A DNA stretch of 64,000 bases from Antedon mediterranea (lineage: Eukaryota; Animalia; Echinodermata). The stretch spans positions 29,608,912 to 29,672,911 of the forward strand of contig NC_092675.1 of the NCBI RefSeq assembly GCF_964355755.1, in the 5' to 3' direction. Shown piece after piece: positions 55,942 through 64,000 of this stretch. Numbering within the stretch: the stretch's first letter is position 1; each line of letters begins with the position of its first letter. Both the position numbers and the translations under genes were made by a program. Below the pieces are notes generated by a model that worked only from the letters and a program-made list of their open reading frames with translations, made no database searches and was not told the origin of the DNA.

Positions 55942-57164
55942 TCATTCAATGGCATAATTTTCACATTCCTGTGTAGTAGAATCATAAGTTGTACCAATAG
56001 GGTTCTGTTTTACAGCAGCGTCTGGTGCAAAGTCCACATTACTCATATCAATATATTCAGCTTGTCCTACGTTCGACCCGCCCATATCAACATAAAATAA
56101 TGACGTATGGATTTCTGATGCATGATGGTCATCAAAATGCCACCATTCAAGGTGATCGTGGCCGTCAGGAGGATCACTGACGGAAATGACGTCATCGGAA
56201 ATCGGGACAGGTCCTTCGTTACGTAATCCATGACATTCCTCCTCAATTTTAGGTTCAGATCGACAATAAACGTTTCTACAAATAAAAAGTAACAACAAAG
56301 TTAGTTAGGACTAAAAATTAGGCTAATATACACCGTATCTCTTTATTACACTATAAATAAAATACTTGTTTAGGTTGTGATGATACTTAATTGTGCATAA
56401 TACTGCAGAAGTTAGAACATTAGATTAAATTTAAGCACGTCAATTTACAGAATCTACAAAGTTCTCTTCCGGATTTAACACTGTGATGACAATCTGCAAA
56501 ATTACAATCTTTGATCGACTTCGTCCGGATATCGATAATAGTTCCCTATATAATAAAATGTCAAGTGCCTCACCTCATTCTAAATAGTAATAGTCCTAAG
56601 ACACAGACCATAATACCAATAAGAGCAAACACGACTGCTGATATAGCAACAACAACAATTGAAGTATCTATATAACAAAATAGTATTCATTCATTATTTT
56701 TAGGCCAAGGGAAGAGTGGTGGTAATACTGACAAGTTTATAATGTTAGTTTAAATCTATAAGTGTATACGCTAAATGTAAATTTAAAAAAAAAGGCCAGA
56801 TTATTAATCAGTCAACAATGGAATTGGTATAGTAGTGCAATATATGCATTTTTGGATCTCGAAAAATATGATCTGTCTACACTATCACACTAATTTGAAA
56901 AAAAATGTGATGTGCATTTATGGTAGCGATATGACATCATCATGTCCGTATATAGACACATCACATTTTGTGATCACTTAAAGTGTGATAGTGGACAGAG
57001 CTTTAGTGTTGCTTGCGGTTTACAAAAGAAGAACAGTGAAAGACAAAATGCAAAAAAAAGATAAACATTAATGTATTTTTACCTGAAACAATGCTGGTAT
57101 CAATGGTGCCTGGTGTCACCTCGTTAAGGTTTATAGGATGTAAAAATTCCTCCAATGGATCCAT
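55942..57164 (-). CDS. Uncharacterised 169-aa single-pass membrane protein with an acidic Tyr-motif cytoplasmic tail
   Basis: Exons (-): 57164-57083 (MDPLEEFLHPINLNEVTPGTIDTSIVS), 56667-56574 (DTSIVVVAISAVVFALIGIMVCVLGLLLFRMR, hydrophobic helix with basic stop-transfer), 56275-55942 (NVYCRSEPKIEEE...FYVDMGGSNVGQAEYIDMS...YDST..ENYAIE*). GT-AG introns with phases 1 and 2 match; total 510 nt. Confidence 0.75.
56873..57002. mobile_element. MITE family 1 copy in intron 1 of the orphan TM gene
   Basis: CTGTCTACACTATCACAC...GTGGACAGAGCT. Confidence 0.75.
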
Positions 57165-57737
57165 TGTATACCGTCTGATGAAGTACCGGACAAGAGGCAA
57201 CTGGGCCCATACGATCAACACGCGCGCATAAAGTTATTACAAACAAAAGATCAGCATGTGTATGGACCGTTACGCTGTTAGAGACGTGCTTTTTATTGTT
57301 TTGGTTTAAACTTTGTTGTTTTATTATGAGGCATATGCAGTTTAATCAATATTATTAATTTGACATAACAATAGTTTATACGCATGGATTAAACTCAATG
57401 AACGCCACAAGAACAAAGACTTTGAAAAAAGTGAAAAATGTATGAATAATTAATGTGTGATATAAATTTAACATGCGAATGATGATCTTTTGGTTACTTT
57501 AGATATACCCAATAATACTTGATACCGCCAGCTCAATTGGTTATTTTAACGACAGCTTTGAGAACAAAATGTTTAACCTAATTTACTTTTCATAATGTTC
57601 TGGTAATTTTATTTGTTAATGCGCTTTTGCATCTGAAACAATGTTTTAATATTTCGTTTTCAGAAATAGCTTATTACTTATTCGTCCACATCGTAATAAC
57701 CACAGCACCCTCTATAGTTAATAAACTTAGGAAAAAT
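57165..57737. promoter_or_regulatory. Putative bidirectional promoter between the orphan TM gene and ALG14
   Basis: Divergent ATGs only 573 bp apart; CpG-containing stretches near both starts. Confidence 0.5.
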
Positions 57738-60249
57738 ATGGCTGCGCCCTATCTGTTGTATATCTTCGTAACTTTGTTTGCCATAATTTTAGTCTTATTT
57801 ACACGTTTACTCGTAGTATTGTTATCATTAGGAAAACAATCAAAATGTACCAATCATAATGGTAAAATCAAGGTATTAGTTATTGCAGGATCAGGTATGA
57901 ACATAAATTGTTTTGCTAGGCTAGTCTCGGAATTATATATCTACACTACTACAGCCTGTTGCCGCGAGTTTAACGAGAGAGCAGGACGATTCGTCCCGGG
58001 ACGTTTCAGTAGTGACACACATGTACCAGAGGCTATAATTAATCATTGCAATTTTAGTCAATTTTGCTAGAAAATTAACACAAACTAAACCTATACATTA
58101 AAAAAAAAATTAATATAATATTGAAAGAATAAAACTCTGCAGTTACAATAGTTAAATACATTTTATTTAAATTAATTAAAATCTTATCTTGTTGTGTGTT
58201 TGATAATCATAGGTGGGCATACATCTGAAGTTATCCGATTACTAAGTGGTCTGTCGGACAGCTATGCACCTCGGATATATGTTGTTGCCGATACAGATAC
58301 GATGAGTCACGAGAAAATAAAAAAGTTTGAAGATTCAAAGAAAAACATTGAATCCTGTAGTAAATCAGTCAGTGAATCTGTAAGTATAGAGTTGAATCCA
58401 GGACAGTGTATGTACTATTGTTTTATTTCAAAAGAAATCAAGACATGAATGACAACCCAAAGTTGTCTAGGTATTGAGAGTATGTTATGTTATTGAATCT
58501 CAATTGAATAAAAACATTTATTTTATCAAAGTAAAACAAATTATGAGGACATATATAAGTTCTTTATTTAGGAAAATTACCAAGGATAACCATAAACGAA
58601 TTCATTCACTATCCTTTAAAGTGGCAATCCTGTTCATAAGACAAACATATACACAAGATGCTCTACATAAACAAAGTCTTATTACAAGTCTTTGGGAGTT
58701 GTAATTTGTCATTAGAAATGACATATTATGACAGGACTTAAACCCAGGACCCTTGGATTGGTAGCCAAGCATCATAACCACCAAACCACAACTCCACGCA
58801 TTTAAGATATTGCAAATTAGATTTATTTGTAATTCAAAGCTAATGTGTTTTTTTTTTCAGTATATAATACACAACATACCAAGAAGTAGAGAAGTGAGAC
58901 AATCATATATAACAAGTGTGTTTTCAACTTTATATTCAACACTGTATGCATTCCCTTTGGTGTTCAAAGTAGCACCAGACTTGGTAAGGATAAACAACCT
59001 CACGTCTACACCTTTCTTGTATTAAGGGCCTTTCACACCTATTCCGGCACGGTTCCGGTTTGGCGAACTGAACGATAATGTTTCTTTTTTCTCGACGCTC
59101 AACACGGCTATGCGCCAATCGATATGCACGTAGCCATGTAAAAACGAAACATTGACGTTTGATTGGATTTACCGGTGCCGCGAAAGACCCTTTAGAGCAA
59201 CTTTGTCTACTAGGATGGGTCTGGATTGGAGAGATTGTGGCCTAGAAAAAATAGAAAACTTGGATCATAATGATAAAAAGAGTTCACAACCTCAACCCCA
59301 CTGGGCTAGATGATGCCCCCATCATTTGGCTTAGAGGTGGAACCAAGGGGAGGAGGAACATGCTGGCATCAATCGTATTCTTTAACAATTATAAAAAATA
59401 TGTATATAAAATATAAAAGCTTATGAAACGGATACTCAGTGAAAACATAAAAATATACAAAATTTAAATAGGCATAAAATATATAAAATATAAAAAGAGA
59501 ATAATAACAATCTTAATATAAAAATAAAATTATATTTGGCAAATGTTTTTGTTTTACAAATACATTTTTCCTCATACCTATTTGAGATCAATCAATTTAC
59601 AATTATGTTTTACTGTTTATAATAAAAGTTGTCATTATTTATTGATTGTTTTAGATTCTTTGCAACGGACCAGGGACATGTATACCTCTATGTTTTGCTG
59701 GTTTTATCATGAGGGTTAGTACACACCATTTATAATAAAAAAAAAACCACAAATAAAAATAAAATGATATAAAACAGATGCCATCATCACCAAACAGTCA
59801 GTTGAAAAAGAGCTTTGATAAAATCGAAATGTACTCTGTTTATAAATTAGCCAGCTTGTTCAGAAAAGAAATGTTATCCATGAAAAGAAATAATTATTGA
59901 CTAAATCTCTGCCTACACTATCAAACTAGTTTGAAAAAAAAAATTGTGATGTGTCCGAATATGGTAGTGATATGCCTAAATATGGTAGTGATATGACATC
60001 CATATATGGGCACATCACTTTTTTTGTCACATAAAGTTTGATAGTGTAGATAAGGCACTGTTTATCTTCCTTTTATAGATACTTGGTTTGAAGAAGGTGA
60101 TACAAGTATATGTAGAGAGTATCTGTAGAGTGCAACATCTTTCCTTATCTGGTAAAATCATGTACCACTTTGCTGATCATATCATTGTTCAATGGGAATC
60201 GCTTCAGAAGATTTATCCAAAATCTAAATATCTTGGTAAAATTTGTTAA
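57738..60249 (+). CDS. ALG14: UDP-N-acetylglucosamine transferase subunit ALG14; 5 exons, ~225 aa
   Basis: Exons (+): 57738-57894, 58213-58379, 58861-58983, 59655-59714, 60079-60249; total 678 nt. N-terminal TM helix and motifs VIAGSGGHTSE, YVVADTDTMS, IPRSREVRQS, PDLILCNGPGTCIP, VYVESICRVQHLSLSGKI, IVQW. Confidence 0.95.
58615..58797 (-). mobile_element. tRNA-derived SINE family B in ALG14 intron 2
   Basis: Reverse-complement copy of the 60415-60590 element. Confidence 0.8.
59026..59191. mobile_element. MITE family 3 (Harbinger-like TIR); related fragment at ~34208-34300
   Basis: GGGCCTTTCACACCTATTCCGGCAC ... GTGCCGCGAAAGACCC; the same left end occurs at 34208. Confidence 0.6.
59905..60052. 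mobile_element. MITE family 1 copy in the last ALG14 intron
   Basis: CTCTGCCTACACTATCAAAC...GATAGTGTAGAT. Confidence 0.8.
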
Positions 60250-60414
60250 AATTTGGATCATTGCTAACTTTAGAAAAATAAAAAAATAATGAAAAGCATA
60301 ACAAAACAAATCATCATGTTCAGATTAAATTTATTTGATTCAACAAGTCGTATAAATAACAACAGAAGATATTTAGGCATATCACTACCATATTCGGACA
60401 CATCACAATTTTTT

Positions 60415-60590
60415 GTGGAGCTGTGGCTTGGTGGTTATGATGCTTGGCTACCAATCTAAGGGTCCTGGGTTCAAGTCCTGTCATATGTCAGGGTTTTTTT
60501 CTCATGACAATTTACAACTCCACTCCCAAAGACTTAATAATAAGTCTTTGTCTATGTAGAGCATCTTGTGTATATGTTTGTCTTATATGT
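60415..60590 (+). mobile_element. tRNA-derived SINE family B
   Basis: A box TGGCTTGGTGG, B box GGTTCAAGTCC, body CCCAAAGACTT..TAATAAG.CTTTGT.TATGTAG..ATCTTGTGTATATGTTTGTCTT. Three copies in the window. Confidence 0.8.
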
Positions 60591-60694
60591 TCTAGTGCAG
60601 TATATGGAGAGCCATCTCGATAGTGCTTTGCACTCATGGCAATCCTCAGGGTGCTGCACCGCTGTGTTGTCATGTATGTTTGCCTGAAAATTAA

Positions 60695-60734
<40 letters not shown>

Positions 60735-61263
60735 AAGATACAGAAAACAAAGAACAACAGCAGTATAACCTGTGAAAGTTAAACATTTTCCAACGGGGTC
60801 CAATTAATATCTGGGAGACAAAATTGACCAATATATCTTTAAGATATGTAACAGTACTTATAGTAGCTTTATGTCATTAGGTGTACATTACAGTCTTACT
60901 GACAGACAGGTTCAGTGGGCAGTGAAGAAAAAGATTTACCCAAAATCTGAATATCACTGCAACATTTATTACCAAAACTGAAAATATTCTCCAAAACCAC
61001 ATTCAAATCTTCCTTATAAGCCAAGTCAGGTTTTCTCTTTTGATACGCTAAAAAAAAGCTAAACAACTACTATTACAGAAAATGCATTTGAATATACTGT
61101 ACCACCAAGCAGCTTTTGAAGTCGTGTACAACCCCCACGAAAATGGCATCATATTAAACTACGAATGAGATTGTATATCTGGGGTGAAGGCCTCCTACCC
61201 ACCCACTCAGTTGAAACATGTGTACTACTGTATGCAGTTGAATGTAATGCTTGGTTGTCATTA

Positions 61264-61580
61264 GCGTGGTTCCCACTAGCGACGCAACGCAAGGACGTAA
61301 CGCAACGCAAGTGAATTGACCAATCACAAGCGATGGCTTATTCGCTTCTGATTGCTAACTGTCTATAACTTCGCTTTTCATTGGTTAAAACGCTTGCGTT
61401 GCGTTTACGTCCTTGCGTTACGTTCTAGTGGGAACCAAGCTTCGCAACGCAAGGACGTAACGCAACGGAAGTGAGTTGACCAATCACAAGCGCTGGATTA
61501 TTCAAACTGTCGCTTGTCATTGGTCAACACGCCTGCGTTGTGTTTACGTCCTTGCGTTGCGTCCTAGTGGGAACCAAGCT
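61264..61580. mobile_element. MITE family 2 tandem dimer
   Basis: Two head-to-tail copies (61264-61441 and 61443-61580), each ending TAGTGGGAACCAAGCT. Confidence 0.8.
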
Positions 61581-62579
61581 TGAACTGAATTTGATATCAA
61601 TTATCCAATAATTATGTTTTAAAATATATATGTAAGTGTAATTGATAAATACTTTTTCCATAATATTAAATTGGATTATTATATTGAGATATATTTTTGT
61701 ACATAAAACAGTACAGTATTGTGAAGATAAATAAATCGTTTAACAAATTATGTTGTATGTTTGATACTTCTTGTGATTTTATAATTTGCAAGGAAGTTTT
61801 AAAAACGTAGATGGTCGGAGAGACAAACAGCAATTGAAGGTCGTACCAGATTGAAGGTCGTAGTTTTTTAGATACTCTTGTTGTGGCATGTCAGCTAATG
61901 TTCCTCACCGATAATGTAAAACACGCGCAAAAAACGTAAGACCAAATATAATTCGCAAAGGAGACAAACGTGATAATTCATTTATTAAAATAATATAGGC
62001 CTACGTTAGACCTAGATTAAATAGATACCGTACACTACAAACAAGACAAAAGTACAAACAAGTTCGGTAGGGCCGCGCCTGCGTTGCTTTGACGCGGCGG
62101 ATTCACTATGCGCCGCGATTTCCTGCGCTCGCCGCCATTTCCCGCGCCCGCACAAAGTCGAAGCCGCAATACCATGGACAAGTTTATAGTTTAGAATTAA
62201 ACTGCTATCGAATAAGGACCGGCACAAGAAACTTAACAAGTTGTGGCTGTTCCAGAAGTACTCAAACCGACCCTATATTTGAATTTTTTCGAAACAAAAT
62301 ACAGATTATTTGCATTGAACGCTGAAAAGCGGGGAAAAAAAGAAAAAAAATCGATAAAGAAAAACAAAGGACGATACAATCTATGATAACTAAAACTTAA
62401 CTTATAGGAGCCACCACCCGATCTCAGTCTCTGGACCCACTTGCGTTGATAATGAATTCATCGTATTGATTGAGGTTAGTATGCCTACATTTAGGGCATA
62501 TCATTTATTTTCAAATTGCCATCCTTTAATAAGTAGCAGTACAAATGGGGATAACATGGCGACCGTTGCTATTGCCGTT

Positions 62580-62853
62580 GACATCATCATCATCATCATC
62601 ATTATCATTGTCTCATTCTTTAGGTAGGCCGTCTATCATTACGTGTCAACATCATTAGGTCCGTTATTTTCATCATCATAATCATCACCATCGTCGTCAT
62701 CATCATCATAATCATCGTCGTCATTATCATAATCATCGTCGTCGTCATCATCATCACCATGATCATCATATATTATCATAACCATCGTCGTCATCATCTT
62801 CATCGTCGTCATCATCATCATAATCATCGTCGTTATCGTCGTCGTCGTCGTCG

Positions 62854-62896
<43 letters not shown>

Positions 62897-62900
62897 TATC
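62580..62900. repeat. (CAT/CGT/AAT)n trinucleotide microsatellite
   Basis: Directly visible imperfect ATC-family repeat. Confidence 0.92.
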
Positions 62901-64000
62901 TTCAATAATCAACATGATAATCGTATTATTCATGTTTTATTTAGGGCTGCTGCGCCATAAATGGCATGCAGGCTCCTGGAAATTTAGCCTTGCGCGGTCC
63001 TGACATGATATGCGGTGACCTTCTTTGTTCGCTTTACCATGGGTTTCCCCAACTGTTGTCATAGAATGGATTCTCTGTGATTGTAAACCAAAATGATTTA
63101 TTGATTTGTAATCAGGTTTGCGCTGATGTCACGCGTCGACCACCCGCGCTTGGACAGTGAACGTGTGAGTCACTGCGCTTAATTATCATGGTTACGAACC
63201 AAGCACTCGGTACCAAACTACAATAATTTATGATACAAAATGGCCACCATTAAGTTATTTAAAACGTTAAGGATATGGTCCTTGGCTTATCGTTCCGGGT
63301 AGGCCTACAGTTTAGATTACAGATAATAATCCAACATGAGGTCAAATTACATGCCCCCCCCCCACCCCCCACCACACCATGGAGTGTCCGCAATGCCGCC
63401 TCTCCGATGCGTTTTGTTGCGGTCACATCACTTACTAATAATATTCTTGTGTAGGAATTCGTGCTATTAATTGATTTATTTATATTTTATATAATAATAT
63501 GAAGGCCTACAGTGGGTTATTAATGTATGCGACATACAAATCTATACCGCTTTTGATCATGATTCATGGGCCGTGTTTGTTCGACAATGATCGGGTCAAT
63601 ACGCATTTCAGCATTTGTAGGCCTAATTATTATTTTGCGATGTGTAGAGCTGCTGCTTTGTTAAACAATATTCTGTAGGCACTAATTTATAACCCATTTT
63701 TTGTATTAACCACCCACGAAAAAAAACCCCAACAGGAAATGATGTGCTGTAGGCCCTACTCCATCCCAAAACGCATGTGCGCTCTACGCGAACTCGCGGG
63801 GAGTTGTTGGTTGGTCACAGCCTACATGAATTGTATATTAATAATTATGTTAGTTGAATAATATTTTTCTCAAAACAAAGTATCATGGAGGTTCGCGCTA
63901 AAGAACCAGAATTGTTTTACACTCGAACGGAGTGAGCTGTCGTGTTGCGGTATCGGAAAAATAACAATACAGTACATGGTCCATTGTTCTATCTGTGTAT

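Noticed and set aside
60415-60485. tRNA-like sequence with an ACC anticodon
   Set aside because: Imperfect stems and three diverged copies each attached to the same body sequence, so it is a SINE head rather than a tRNA gene.
62639-62905. Poly-Met/Thr/Asp ORF
   Set aside because: Translation of an (ATG/ACG)n microsatellite.
63885-63931. Possible first coding exon MEVRAKEPELFYTRT followed by a GTGAG donor
   Set aside because: Too short and at the window edge; no homology or downstream exon to support it.

Overview
AT-rich, intron-containing animal genomic DNA, not prokaryotic. An invertebrate deuterostome, plausibly an echinoderm, is inferred from the ST6GalNAc III-VI-type sialyltransferases, a Deu/Nin-domain SINE and the gene set. 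By reading GT-AG junctions and exon phases I reconstructed seven complete spliced genes: an SLC9B/NHA cation-proton antiporter (-), UBE2U (-), an FBXL12-like F-box/LRR gene (+), two tandem ST6GalNAc-type sialyltransferases (-), an orphan 169-aa single-pass membrane protein (-) and ALG14 (+). The first ~14 kb has no supportable protein-coding gene. Non-coding DNA is dense with MITEs (one family has about 16 copies), LINE 3' ends, tRNA-derived SINEs and minisatellites. Most notable: (1) the orphan membrane protein has the architecture of a transmembrane signalling adaptor with tandem YxxM motifs; (2) the antiporter has DN instead of the canonical DD ion-binding motif; (3) both sialyltransferases carry a shared ~105-113 aa basic C-terminal tail; (4) a TA-flanked transposon carrying a HIRAN-like remnant is nested inside a MITE; (5) a nascent satellite is built from a MITE end. 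Coordinates were counted by hand and no database searches were run.
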